From positions 1 to 64,000 of IMG/VR virus record IMGVR_UViG_3300049846_001037: a stretch of 64,000 bases of DNA; one strand, 5' to 3'. The position numbers and the translations under genes are program-made. Under the pieces are notes generated by a model, which did not search any database, had not been told where the DNA came from, and saw only the letters and a program-made list of their open reading frames with translations. The number at the start of each line of letters is the position of its first letter. Position 1 is the stretch's first letter. Shown piece after piece: positions 1 to 10,600 of this stretch.

Positions 1-874
1 GATAGTTTCTTGCACTAAAGTCGTTCATAGAATCGTTGTAACCAAGCTTTGCAGAAGTCACAGCGCCATTCTTTAGGTGGTCCGTAGCAATACCATCGCC
101 ACTAGTGGCTATGTTCTCTCCGCCATCGTAGACAGCGATAGCCTGAGAGTTGATAGATCCAGCCTTGAACTTTGCACCCTCAATGGTGTTGTTAGCCAAC
201 ATTCTATTCTCTATCAAACCATCTGGAATGGCAGAGGAGACGATCTTTTTGTTGGCAATATCAATAGAGCCACCGACCAAGTAATTTCTCTTGACCGATG
301 AATCAATGACCTGAATAGTGCCATTTGAAGAAACCTGACTAGTGCCAACATAATCTACCTGCAACAAGGCAAGAGGAACGCCATTGAACTTGTTGACCTC
401 AGACTTGACAATGGGATTGCTGATGACAATCGTTCCAACTGGATACTGTCTGGTAAGCACGTTCTCGCCAGTCTGTATGTTTTTAGAGGTGACTGGAGTC
501 TGGATTTGTGTTGGATCTGGGTTTGAATTGGAAGAAGCAATCTTTACGTAGACCAACAAGTAAGATGGCTGATTAGCTACTGGAATAGTCTGTGGTAGAC
601 CGGTGAATGACTGAGTTGTAAATATCTTGGCTCTTTCGCCACCGCCCAAGTTGTTTGAGTTGCTAAAGTCTCCAGTGCTGTAGAAGACACCAGGGGTGAT
701 AAGAACAGAAAGGTTGTCGATGGACTTAAATACATTTAGCCCCTCAATGACGCCTCCCAACTTACCGCTGAGGTCTATATTTGTTTGGACAATAGCATCT
801 CTGGCTCCGTCAGTAACGAAGTCAACGTCGCCCTTTCTGAGAATTTGCCCGAAAAATGTTAGTAGTTTTTTCAT
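1..874 (-). CDS. Tail fibre or baseplate-associated structural protein (partial, runs off the window)
   Basis: Not in the ORF track. Hand translation from ATG at 874 (upstream AAGGAAG) gives MKKLLTFFGQILRKGDVDFV..., open to position 1, with fibre-like repeats such as GAVTSAKL and NTIEGAKF. Confidence 0.7.
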   Translation of the reverse strand, partial: MKKLLTFFGQILRKGDVDFVTDGARDAIVQTNIDLSGKLGGVIEGLNVFKSIDNLSVLITPGVFYSTGDFSNSNNLGGGERAKIFTTQSFTGLPQTIPVANQPSYLLVYVKIASSNSNPDPTQIQTPVTSKNIQTGENVLTRQYPVGTIVISNPIVKSEVNKFNGVPLALLQVDYVGTSQVSSNGTIQVIDSSVKRNYLVGGSIDIANKKIVSSAIPDGLIENRMLANNTIEGAKFKAGSINSQAIAVYDGGENIATSGDGIATDHLKNGAVTSAKLGYNDSMNDFSARNY

Positions 875-877
875 CGA

Positions 878-1516
878 TTAGCTTCCTTGTTTTAGCAAAC
901 TAGATAGCGTTATCTTGTACATCTGTGGGATGACGGCCTGCATTGCTAGAGGATCAAGATTTCTCAAGTCTATTCTTAACTGTAAATAGTCGTGTTCTAG
1001 GTTGTTGGAGATATAGGTTGTCTTACTGTGGCGGGGCAAACTCCAATAGTTCCAAACGGCGTCTGCTGTATTTGGGATTTTAGCTGTGTTGAATGCAGTA
1101 CCCAACTCAAAGACACTATCGTTAGGTGTTGCATTTCCATTGACAACCGTTGAATTGTTGTTGCTTCCCAGTAGTGACCTAGATATCTGCCAAGTGTAAA
1201 GCTTCCCATCCACCACATCGGGAGTTTGACTCTTGATGAGAGCATTGAACTCGTCAAACGTGTACCTTAGTCCCGTTGTCGTATTCATCGGTAAGTTGTC
1301 GCCAGTTCTAACTCTTACGTCGATATCTATTCTCTGAAAAGTGTTGGTTGTCTGGTTGTCCTCCCAGCTTAGCTGGTACCAGATGTGGTTGTCTGGCTTG
1401 CGGAACAAGCGTGAGTAGTAAACACCACGATCGTTCGAAACAAGCGCATCTGCAGAAACCGACTGGTTTAAGACATAGAGACCAAGTATTGTGTTTTGTT
1501 TTCCAAGGCTCGGCAT
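878..1516 (-). CDS. Hypothetical virion protein, probable beta-sandwich
   Basis: 212 aa, GGAG RBS. Alternating beta-strand pattern (WYQLSWE, IDVRVRTG, YLQLRIDL); tiles with neighbours. Confidence 0.55.
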   Translation of the reverse strand: MPSLGKQNTILGLYVLNQSVSADALVSNDRGVYYSRLFRKPDNHIWYQLSWEDNQTTNTFQRIDIDVRVRTGDNLPMNTTTGLRYTFDEFNALIKSQTPDVVDGKLYTWQISRSLLGSNNNSTVVNGNATPNDSVFELGTAFNTAKIPNTADAVWNYWSLPRHSKTTYISNNLEHDYLQLRIDLRNLDPLAMQAVIPQMYKITLSSLLKQGS

Positions 1517-1525
1517 CTGAACTCC

Positions 1526-2248
1526 TTAGAAGTTGGTTCTTCCACCGATCACGAATACCGAGTTTCCGAAGTCTGCATAGGGCTTGCCGTAGCCACCCAT
1601 GATCTCAAGATTCTCCACCGGAATGAAGGGAATGAAGTCGTCAACATGACGAGAACCCCAGACATATGGATACTCAATAGAGCTTCCAAGACCAAGGGAG
1701 TATCTGTTGATGTAGAAAAGTTTTGCATCTAGAGCCAAGGCAACGGGTTGCTTTCCAAAGCCGCCATGATAGACACCAGCAATGCCAGGCCTGAATGTGA
1801 AGCCATACCACTGTGGAATGATGTCTGTTCCAACCTTATTCTCATTCTTTGGACCAAAGACACTGTTGATGAAGCTGTTGAGGGGGTTGGTAATCCTTGG
1901 GGCGGCCGGTGCGTTGATGCTGGCTCCATTGAAACCAGCCTTGGCGTCATACTGCTTTAGATCAATGTACTTGGTGAACTTGACTCCACCTTCTTTTGGT
2001 ATGTAGTACTCTTTGTATACAACGTTGTTCTTGGAGTCACGATAGGTGACTTTGAACTTTGTTCCCTTCAACTCAGCAATGAACTCAATGTTGTCAGGCA
2101 ACTTACCCTTTTCAATCGTAAGCGTCTGATTCTGAGTCTGGAGGTTGTTGTTTCTCCAAGTCAAGAAAGCAATGATCAAACCAAGAATCACATATGCAAA
2201 TATGTTCTTGTTGTTCCAGATGAGTTGGAGAAGACCTAGTAAGTTCAT
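1526..2248 (-). CDS. Membrane-anchored protein, putative spanin-like lysis protein
   Basis: N-terminal TM (IFAYVILGLIIAFLTW), short coiled coil, amphipathic C-terminal beta-strands ending in Phe. ATGA overlap with the holin-like gene. Confidence 0.45.
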   Translation of the reverse strand: MNLLGLLQLIWNNKNIFAYVILGLIIAFLTWRNNNLQTQNQTLTIEKGKLPDNIEFIAELKGTKFKVTYRDSKNNVVYKEYYIPKEGGVKFTKYIDLKQYDAKAGFNGASINAPAAPRITNPLNSFINSVFGPKNENKVGTDIIPQWYGFTFRPGIAGVYHGGFGKQPVALALDAKLFYINRYSLGLGSSIEYPYVWGSRHVDDFIPFIPVENLEIMGGYGKPYADFGNSVFVIGGRTNF

Positions 2249-2577
2249 TGGTTGTCTGGATCCCTGTCAACCTTGGGATCGTCCTCCGAAGCGGGTAGCT
2301 GGCTGGCAAGCATAGCTTCGTTATGCTTGCTGGTGAACCAGAATGTGTAGACAATGGTCAAGAAGCCGCCACTTACAGTGAGAGCCTTCCAGTCCAAACC
2401 ATTATGAATGACAGCATAGGCAATGTAGAAATTGAATATCCATGCCATGATCACAAGCCAATATCTTAGGCTCTTGAGGTCTCCCAAGAAGTCAACGATA
2501 ATGTCATCAATCAATGACAGGTAAACGAGTAGTTTGGCAAAAATCATTTTCACCGTGTTTGTAATCAAGTTAAGCAT
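2245..2577 (-). CDS. Putative holin
   Basis: 110 aa, 2-3 hydrophobic segments, charged C-terminal tail, AAGGAG RBS, own promoter motif upstream. Confidence 0.55.
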   Translation of the reverse strand: MLNLITNTVKMIFAKLLVYLSLIDDIIVDFLGDLKSLRYWLVIMAWIFNFYIAYAVIHNGLDWKALTVSGGFLTIVYTFWFTSKHNEAMLASQLPASEDDPKVDRDPDNQ

Positions 2578-2593
2578 TGGGACTCCTTTATTA

Positions 2594-2610
2594 TATTAAA
2601 TATTTATAAG
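2594..2610 (-). promoter_or_regulatory. Putative phage late promoter (CTTATAA-ATATT-TAATA)
   Basis: One of six intergenic copies of YTTATAA-N5-TAnTA; precedes the holin RBS. Confidence 0.65.
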
Positions 2611-2611
2611 A

Positions 2612-3148
2612 TCAGTTCAATTGCTCCAAAGTATCACTTTCAAAGATTTCACCTGGTGTCAAATAGCTTGTGTCGGTATCGCTAAATCGAATGCCCTGTT
2701 GCCAGAACAAAATGCCTATATATTCACTGCACCATATTCCGTAATTGTTAGCTCTATTTTTACCAAAAAATGTTATCACATGGCTCAAGCCGACCTTTTT
2801 CACCAAATACTTGATCAGGATTCCAAATTGACCCAAAAGATCATATTTCTCGCCGTAGAATTTGTAGGCTAGTTCTATGAGGGCATTAGCATCAAAATGA
2901 GCTTTGACTCTAGAAAGGTAAACTTCTTTGGTGGGATCGTTGAGGTAAACGCTGAGGGGTATTATTTGGACTCCCTTTCCCCTGTCTGATTCAATGATGA
3001 GTCCGTTGCCAATATACAGGGCCGTATGGTTTACATTGCTTTCAGTAACCCATCGGATTGATCTGCCTATCCAATCTTCACTTCTTACACTTACAATATC
3101 GCCAGGTCTGGCATAGTGACGGATGAAGTTCTCGTCTCTGACTGGCAT
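2612..3148 (-). CDS. Permuted papain-like amidase (YiiX/YaeF, NlpC/P60 superfamily)
   Basis: PGDIV...NHTALY (His) precedes YD...WCSEY (Cys) and a C-terminal LTPGEI: the circularly permuted NlpC/P60 signature. Confidence 0.8.
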   Translation of the reverse strand: MPVRDENFIRHYARPGDIVSVRSEDWIGRSIRWVTESNVNHTALYIGNGLIIESDRGKGVQIIPLSVYLNDPTKEVYLSRVKAHFDANALIELAYKFYGEKYDLLGQFGILIKYLVKKVGLSHVITFFGKNRANNYGIWCSEYIGILFWQQGIRFSDTDTSYLTPGEIFESDTLEQLN

Positions 3149-3160
3149 GGCAAACCCCCT

Positions 3161-3832
3161 TTAGAGCCCTATGAAGCATTGACTTGTTCCTGCTGGTTTT
3201 ACTACAAAACCGTGGTAGGCAAAGTTTGTAGATACGCTTGGATCTTCAATCATCGTATAAGATCCGCCAGTAGCAACAACCCTATATGATGTAGCTAATG
3301 TAACGTTTGTTGCTGCAGCACCACCCTCAGTACCTGTCTCAACTATCTGAGACTGGTTTACACCAGGAACAATCGCAGTACCAGCATTGTTATTCCTTAT
3401 AGAAAAAGCATCATACAACAATGTGTTCTTTACAGTTGGTGTTAGGGTTCCAGTAACCACAACAATGGTCGTTCCGCTGATTTGAAACAACGGCAACTCT
3501 ATTGGGTCCGAGGTCGCTACCCCATACATATCAAAGGCGGCGATAGCTGTTTTCGAGGAGGCTGCCAAAGTTGCAACAACATTGTTAGAACCAGTTGGTG
3601 GGTTGACCATATACCAAGATTCAACCCTTATGAGAGTGCTATTGTTGGTGCCAGTAATGTACGTTAGGTTGTTACCGCCGTAGGTTACGCTAATACCTGT
3701 AGATGTAGCCGTCCTAATTCCCAAGCTAACCAATAAAAGTTTGTTAGTGCCAGTTGGGTTTACAGTGTGGGCATACGTAACAGAACTGGCATTGAACTGA
3801 GTTGCAGTATTATTTCCAGTAGTTATAGGCAT
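3161..3832 (-). CDS. Putative fibre-tip/adhesin beta-sandwich protein (NPPTGSNNVV family)
   Basis: Shares LLLVS..SVTYGG..W.M.NPPTGSNNVV with 3832-4446 and with both halves of 15789-17066. Confidence 0.5.
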   Translation of the reverse strand: MPITTGNNTATQFNASSVTYAHTVNPTGTNKLLLVSLGIRTATSTGISVTYGGNNLTYITGTNNSTLIRVESWYMVNPPTGSNNVVATLAASSKTAIAAFDMYGVATSDPIELPLFQISGTTIVVVTGTLTPTVKNTLLYDAFSIRNNNAGTAIVPGVNQSQIVETGTEGGAAATNVTLATSYRVVATGGSYTMIEDPSVSTNFAYHGFVVKPAGTSQCFIGL

Positions 3833-4446
3833 TACTCGCCCTCCAGTCCAACTATCACTATTCCCCAGTCCGATTGCTCGCTCAGAGTATTTTCAACGTT
3901 TAGCCTATCAAACAACATGGCTATCTGAGCTGATATAGCTTCACACCTGAAACCATTGTGAGTTAAGTCCCACTCAATTCTCTGTGCGCCGAAAAGATTA
4001 TTGACATAGGAATTTGTGTTGTTAACGGCACCAATTCCAATGGTAATGCTGTTTGGTTTTGAAAAAGATGAGACACCAATCTGTGTAACCTGCTTTCCAG
4101 CTCCAGAATTGGTTCTATAGACTGGTGATGTCTGCTTGATACCATTATACACAGAGCAAAACACCGCCGCAGAAATGGAGGAGTCTGTATTTATGGAGAT
4201 GGTATGATCTCCAATCAATGGCGACTCTAACCCCCAGACCTCCATTCTCAAATTGGTTTCTATCTGAGCAACATTAATCAACGACATTTGCTGCGAACCA
4301 CATGATATAGAAGTTATTTCTTGATCTATGTCTGGGACAAAGCATACGCTAACCATCAAAAATGGGTTAGTTCCAGAAACATTACATGTTCCAGAAATGA
4401 CGGAACCTTCTCCGCTAAATACAGATGTGTTAGGTAGAGATATCAT
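3832..4446 (-). CDS. Putative fibre-tip protein, paralog of 3161-3832
   Basis: GTNPFLMVSV...RMEVWGLESPLIGDHTISI matches the family pattern; directly follows fibre 4448-7642. Confidence 0.5.
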   Translation of the reverse strand: MISLPNTSVFSGEGSVISGTCNVSGTNPFLMVSVCFVPDIDQEITSISCGSQQMSLINVAQIETNLRMEVWGLESPLIGDHTISINTDSSISAAVFCSVYNGIKQTSPVYRTNSGAGKQVTQIGVSSFSKPNSITIGIGAVNNTNSYVNNLFGAQRIEWDLTHNGFRCEAISAQIAMLFDRLNVENTLSEQSDWGIVIVGLEGE

Positions 4447-4447
4447 A

Positions 4448-7400
4448 TTAGTTCATGTAAAGCATCAATGATGCTTTGGTGACGTTGGTTGGGGTTGCAT
4501 CAATGTGGAACGTGAGAATGTCGCCAGCCGTTATACCAGACCATGTAGTTATTGATGTATCGGTGTTCTTTGATACTGATGACAATGTTGGTTTCTCTGT
4601 ACCAACAATAGACGAGTTTCCTAGAACCAAGCTGGCTTGAGACCAGTTGGCATAGGTTGTTCTTCTTACGTCTACAGAAAGAGTTCCTGTAACGTCTGCT
4701 ACCAGTACCCACTGATTCAAAGTGCATGTGAATGGAACCGTGACAAAACCTTGTGTTCCAGAGGAAAGAACTGATCCAGCGCCGTCCATGTTGAAGTTGA
4801 TCATTCTCTGGAGAGAACCGGCAGAGCTTCCTGAAATTGTAATGCCCTGACCAGCGGTGCCTGTAGATATTGTGATGATTCCAGCTCCGGCAATTGTGTT
4901 AAAGTTTAAGGAGTTGCCAGTCTTGCTTATGAATAGAGCGGTGCCATTTCCTGAGTTGTTGACGTTTGTCACAACTGCACTGCCAGATAAGTTCAATACG
5001 TTTAGGGCATTGATGGTTGGAGCAACAATAGAGGTTGTTCCAGATATTGTTGAACCAGTGAAGTTGGTGGTATTGAGTGTCGTGATAGTAGCCAACGGAG
5101 ATGTTAGAGAGGTAAGGGCAGTTAAGCTTCCTCCAACTATGGCTGTGGTTCCAGATATATTTGATCCAGTAATGTTGGTTGCATTTATGGTCGTAATGGT
5201 TGCAAGCGGCGATGTTAAGTTAGTAAGGGCTCCAACGGTTCCAGCAACCAAAGATGTGGTTCCAGATATTGTGTTTCCAGTAATATTTGTAGCACTGATA
5301 GTCGTAATAGTGGCCATCGGGCTTGTCATTGATGTTGTATTTGTCAATGTCTGAGCATTAATGGTTGAACCAGAAATGCTTGTTCCAGTCAATGTTGTGA
5401 AAAATGCTCCGTCAGCAGATGTTAACGGACCACTCAAGTTCAGCGCATTGGCATTAAGTGTGGTGCCAGAAATGGTTGTTCCAGTAATGCTCGATGCCGT
5501 CAGCGTAGTTACCGAAGCCAATGGGGTTGTGATTGATGTAAAACCATTGACTGTGGATCCAACGACAGATGTGCCGCTTACTGTTGAACCAATGACACTA
5601 GTAGCATTTACCAATGGTGAGGTAACGGAGGTAAAACCATTGACTGTTCCTGCCACTAAAGCCGTTCCACTGATGTTCGTACCAGTTATGTTCGTAGCAT
5701 TTAGGGTAGTTACAGTAGCCAAAGGAGAGGCTACTGATGTAAAGCCGTTGATGGTGCCAGCTACCAAGGCAGTACCACTTATGTTGGTGCCAGTGATATT
5801 TGTAGCATTGAGAGTTGTTACACTGGCTAATGGTGATGTGACAGAGGTAAAGCTATTGACTGTTCCACCTATGACTGATGCTCCAGTAAAGGTCGTTGCG
5901 CTGAGGGTGGCTACTCCAGCCATGTTTGAAGATGGATCAATGGTGATGGTAGTGTTTAGTAGACCACCACCGCTTGTTCCAGACCAAATTGCAATACCAG
6001 AATTATTGGTGGTTGCTGGAGTCGTTATTGAAGATCCAGGACCAGTTGAGCTGCCTGATATGGTGATCAAATTTGCGTTTGTAGTAATCGTAACACTTCC
6101 TGCACCAGCAAGAGTGTTGAAATTCAAGTCATTGCTAGTCTTTGTTCCAGCAAAAACAGACTGTCCACCGCCGAGGTTACTGCCACTGACGATGACATCA
6201 TTTCCAGACTGCCTGATCACTGTTCCAGTCAAAAGATTGGCTCCAACGGTTGCTCCAAAAACAGACGTAAAGCCGTTGACTGTTCCTGCCACTAGGGTAG
6301 TTCCACTGATGTTAGTTCCAGTTATGTTGGTGGCATTAAGTGTTGTGACCGTGGCTAAAGGAGAGGTGACAGAGGTGAATCCGTTGACGGTTGATCCAAC
6401 AACAGAGGTACCACTTATGGTTGAGCCAATGACGTTGGTGGCATTTACTAGTGGGGAGGTTACGGACGTAAATCCGTTGACAGTTCCAGCAACTAGAGCA
6501 GTTCCACTGATATTCGTGCCAGTGATGTTCGTGGCATTAAGGGTAGTTACAGTAGCCAGTGGCGTGGAGACTGACGTGAATCCATTTACAGTACCTGCAA
6601 CCAGAGCAGTGCCGCTGATATTTGTGCCGGTGATACTCGTAGCATTTAGTGTGGTGACATTGGCTAGGGGTGTAGTAATTGATGTAAAGCCACTGACTGT
6701 GCCTGCAACTAGAGTAGTTCCACTAATGTTAGTACCAGTGATATTGGTAGCATTGAGGGTGGTGACACTTGCTAGGGGCGTAGTAACTGATGTGAAGCCG
6801 TTGACGGTGGATCCAACAACAGAAGTGCCACTTACTGTTGAACCAATGACACTTGTGGCGTTTACCAATGGAGATGTAACGGATGTAAAGCCATTGATAG
6901 TGCCAGCCACCAAGGCCGTGCCGCTTATGTTGGTCCCAGTGATGTTTGTGGCATTCAATGTTGTAGTAGTTGCCAACGGCGTTGATAGAGATGTGAAAGC
7001 GTTGACCGTTCCACCAATGACCGAGTTACCAGTAAAGGTGGTAGCAGAAATGGCTGCTGCCCCATTGATATTAGAATTTGGATCAATGGTGATTGTGGTA
7101 TTGAGTAGTCCTGCTCCCGTGGTGCCAGACCAAACAGCAATGCCTGAGTTGTTGGTTGTTGTAGGGGCTGTGATGGTCGAAGCCGCAACCGAAGAACCAG
7201 AAATAGTCAAAACATTGGCAGTCGAAGAAAGAGAGATGCTTCCGACTCCAGATATTTGCTTAAACTGCAAATTATTCAATGACTTAGAGCTGAAAATTGG
7301 CTCACCAGCGCCAAGATTTGTTGCGTTCACAATGACGGCATTACCAGACAGATTCAACACATTCAAGGCATTGACAGTAGGAGCAGTCAATGAACCAGAT

Positions 7401-7642
7401 ATGGTTGTGCCTGTTAGGCTTGTAAAGCTTGCAGATTGCCCACTAAGTCCAGACTCTATGACTAGGCTTCCGCTAACGTTTCCACCATAGACTGATAGGT
7501 ATGGAAGATTGGTGGCGCTGGATGTTCCGCTAAGGTTGGTCTGTATCTGACCAGAATTTGACAAAGTGACTTCGTATGGCAAGCCATCTTGGCTTGTCAA
7601 GAAGATTTGGGTTCCAGAATCGAATACGTATTGGACTGTCAT
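4448..7642 (-). CDS. Long tail fibre protein, Thr/Ser/Gly-rich repeats
   Basis: 1064 aa with 31- and 36-aa tandem repeats, three N.G.G..F..K....L.F modules, and a C-terminal domain shared with 17606-20368. Confidence 0.75.
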   Translation of the reverse strand: MTVQYVFDSGTQIFLTSQDGLPYEVTLSNSGQIQTNLSGTSSATNLPYLSVYGGNVSGSLVIESGLSGQSASFTSLTGTTISGSLTAPTVNALNVLNLSGNAVIVNATNLGAGEPIFSSKSLNNLQFKQISGVGSISLSSTANVLTISGSSVAASTITAPTTTNNSGIAVWSGTTGAGLLNTTITIDPNSNINGAAAISATTFTGNSVIGGTVNAFTSLSTPLATTTTLNATNITGTNISGTALVAGTINGFTSVTSPLVNATSVIGSTVSGTSVVGSTVNGFTSVTTPLASVTTLNATNITGTNISGTTLVAGTVSGFTSITTPLANVTTLNATSITGTNISGTALVAGTVNGFTSVSTPLATVTTLNATNITGTNISGTALVAGTVNGFTSVTSPLVNATNVIGSTISGTSVVGSTVNGFTSVTSPLATVTTLNATNITGTNISGTTLVAGTVNGFTSVFGATVGANLLTGTVIRQSGNDVIVSGSNLGGGQSVFAGTKTSNDLNFNTLAGAGSVTITTNANLITISGSSTGPGSSITTPATTNNSGIAIWSGTSGGGLLNTTITIDPSSNMAGVATLSATTFTGASVIGGTVNSFTSVTSPLASVTTLNATNITGTNISGTALVAGTINGFTSVASPLATVTTLNATNITGTNISGTALVAGTVNGFTSVTSPLVNATSVIGSTVSGTSVVGSTVNGFTSITTPLASVTTLTASSITGTTISGTTLNANALNLSGPLTSADGAFFTTLTGTSISGSTINAQTLTNTTSMTSPMATITTISATNITGNTISGTTSLVAGTVGALTNLTSPLATITTINATNITGSNISGTTAIVGGSLTALTSLTSPLATITTLNTTNFTGSTISGTTSIVAPTINALNVLNLSGSAVVTNVNNSGNGTALFISKTGNSLNFNTIAGAGIITISTGTAGQGITISGSSAGSLQRMINFNMDGAGSVLSSGTQGFVTVPFTCTLNQWVLVADVTGTLSVDVRRTTYANWSQASLVLGNSSIVGTEKPTLSSVSKNTDTSITTWSGITAGDILTFHIDATPTNVTKASLMLYMN
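5450..7030 (-). repeat. Coding tandem repeats (NGFTSVTSPLATVTTLNATNITGTNISGTALVAGTV and a 31-aa variant), in two blocks
   Basis: Visible in the translation; DNA copies diverge at synonymous sites. Boundaries approximate. Confidence 0.85.
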
Positions 7643-7654
7643 TGTTTATCCACC

Positions 7655-10600
7655 TTAGAATATCCTGTGTATAGTAGCCCTTATTGAAGGCCTTGTTGTT
7701 GCATTGGCTCCAACTGGCGCTATTTGTGCTGCCGTTGTAGTTGCCGTCATTTGGAACTTGATGGTAGATCCACCAGTTACATTGACAAGGAATTGATTGC
7801 CAACTTCCGAGAACACGCTATTGGCTGTCAGTGTTGCGCCAACTTGACTTCCAGCTACCTCAGCGCCATCTTTAACGGCTCTTATTTCAATGGTTGAGGC
7901 TGGCGTAGATGTTCTGTTGACTGTTGCTGTGAAGTTCACCGCATAGACACCACCAACCGTGCCAGTAAACAATGTTCCTCCCGCCGTGTGAGTCCAGCCA
8001 TCCAGCAAGACATTGGTGTTAAAAGTGATATCTTGGAATGAATTAGCCACGCTGACTGTCTGGGTTGTTGTGTCGTAAGAATAGGCATAGCCTCTTGCGT
8101 TGACGCCAGATATCTCGTTAGCGAACAAGACGTTGACAGTTGAGGAAACAGATCCAATATTGCTTGTGCCAGAGTTGTTGACGACAATGTTGGCACCACT
8201 TCCCAGTGTCAGCGATGCATTTGCTGTTAGGGTGTTCCCTGTGATCGAGGTAATGTTTGCCACCTGACCAAGTATTGCTGTTCCAGAAATAGTCGTTCCA
8301 GTAATACCACCAAAGGAAGCAACCTGACCCAAGAACGAGGTTCCAGAAATCGTATTGCCAGTGATAGACGTTATGCTGGCAACTTGACCCAAGAATGATG
8401 TTCCTGAGATGATGTTTCCAGTAATCGATGTGATGTTGGCAGTTTGACCAAGTATTGAGACGCCAGAAATGCTTGTCGTTCCGGTGATGGTAGCGAACTT
8501 GGCGCTGGTGCCATTCAATCCACCAGTCATTGCATCGCCAGTGATATGAACAAACGAACCAGTAGCCACCAACTGGAATCTATTCCAATCAGTTGAGGTC
8601 AAGTAGCCATCAGTAGTCGATGTAGACTGACCAATACCAATAGTGCTGCCAGTTACTAGGATTGGGGCTGTACCAGTGATGATTATGTTCGACGTAGAGC
8701 CAGATATAGTCAGAACATTGGCTGTTGAAGATAACGTGACAGATCCAATGCCAGATATTTGCTTAAACTCCAACGTGTTCAGGTTCTTGCCAGAGAATAT
8801 TGGCTCACCAGAACCAAGGTTGCTGCCGTTTGTGACTACAGCACTACCAGACAGATTAAGCGTATCGATGGCGTTGATGTTTTTTGCTACCAGCGTATTG
8901 CCACTGATGCTTGTGCCAGTCAGGTTCGTTGCATTGAGCGTTGTAATGGTTGCAAGCGGAGACGTTAACGATGTCGTATTTGTTATCGTTTGGGCATTGA
9001 TGGTTGAGCCAGTAATGAGCGTGACGCCAGTGATGTTGGTGAAGACCGCAGTTGTACCAGTGAATATTTGACCGCCGACAACTGGAGAGAACGATGAGGT
9101 TAGAGCATTTATCGTTCCACCAACAACTGATGTAGTTCCAGATATGGTGTTGCCAGTCAAACTCGTGGCATTAATGGTGGTAGCTGTGATAAGCGGAGAA
9201 GTCAACGATGTTGTATTGGTTATCGTTTGAGCGTTGACGCTTGATCCGGTGATGTTGGTGCCAGTGATGTTGGTGAATACTGCCGTTGTGCCAGTGTGAA
9301 TCTGTCCACCAACAACGGGTGAGAATGATGATGTTAGAGCGGTTACTGTGCCGCCAACAATGGTGGTTCCACTTATGCTGGTTCCAGTGATGCTCGTGAA
9401 GTTGGCGGAAGTTCCACTCAAACCACCAGTCATGATACCACCAGCGGTATTTAGAGGGACATAGCTCGTGGCGTGATTGTGGTCGCTTCTAGCAAAACTG
9501 TTAGCTATACCACCATCATTGACAGTGTTGGTTAGATCAATGGTCGATGGCGTGGAGGTTGTGAGTGGATCAGCGCCATTAGGAAGATGTCTTGATGCAT
9601 GCCCAGATGGAACAATACCACCAACAAGGTTAACATTAGTGATGCTGTTTCCACCCATATCCAAACCACCAGTCATGGCTCTTGTGCCGTTAACTAGGAG
9701 GTATTGGGTATGGTCGTCACTTAGAAGACCCAACAATTGGTTGTGGTATGTAATACCACCGCCTCCCACAACCGATGTAGCCTTATAGGATGGCGTTGGT
9801 CTTGTGTCTTCTATTTCAATAATAGTTCCAGAGCCTTGCTGAACTATGATATCAGCAATGTGAATGATTGCATCTTTGAAGTATTCTGGTTGAGTTGGGG
9901 ATGCTGCAAGACTGGCTCCAGAAAAGCTTACATACTCGCTTTGAGCATACAAGAATAGCAAGACATCTGCACCGCCAGCATACCACATGGCATGTTTGGC
10001 GTAGTATCCAGATGTCATTGCGGTCAAGCCGCTGCTGTTGAGATCAATTTGTGTATTATTGATTTGACCAGTCAGGTTATAGTTACCGCTCCAAACTATG
10101 CCAGTACCTGCGACCGTATGGTATATTTCAGCAAAAGCAATTGGGTTTGTCTTTGGGGCTGGTTCGTACTTGTGAGTAGAGTAGTAATACTCTCCTCCGG
10201 TCATATCAAAATAGAGTCCAGATGGATTTGATATGACAAGACCATTAGAGACAATGCCACCAAAGACATCTCTTAGATACTCATCAACCTTGTTTCCAAA
10301 GTGATGGGCATCCATGCTGATATTGCCAACCGAAGTAACATAGGTTTCATTGGCTACAACTCTTCCAAGCAATATCTTTGTTACATCACCATTAATAGCG
10401 GAGGATGACTTGGAGATGTTACCATTAGCATCAACAAAGACATAGACATCATCCCAGGCTGCAATACCTGTATATGTCTGGGTTGGCCAGGTTTGTTTAA
10501 TCAGAACATCATTTGACTCAAGATATCCTATGCCAGCATTTACCTTAACAGCCAAACCAGAGCTTGCTGGCAACTGCACCATGGTTCCACTGGTTATCAA

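Noticed and set aside
2601-2608. T4 late promoter TATAAATA as the consensus
   Set aside because: Exact in only two of six sites; the bipartite YTTATAA-N5-TAnTA fits all six.
5361-7490. 709-aa plus-strand ORF
   Set aside because: Antisense shadow of the repetitive fibre gene; Val/Pro/Met-rich mirror of Thr/Gly/Asn codons, no RBS evident.
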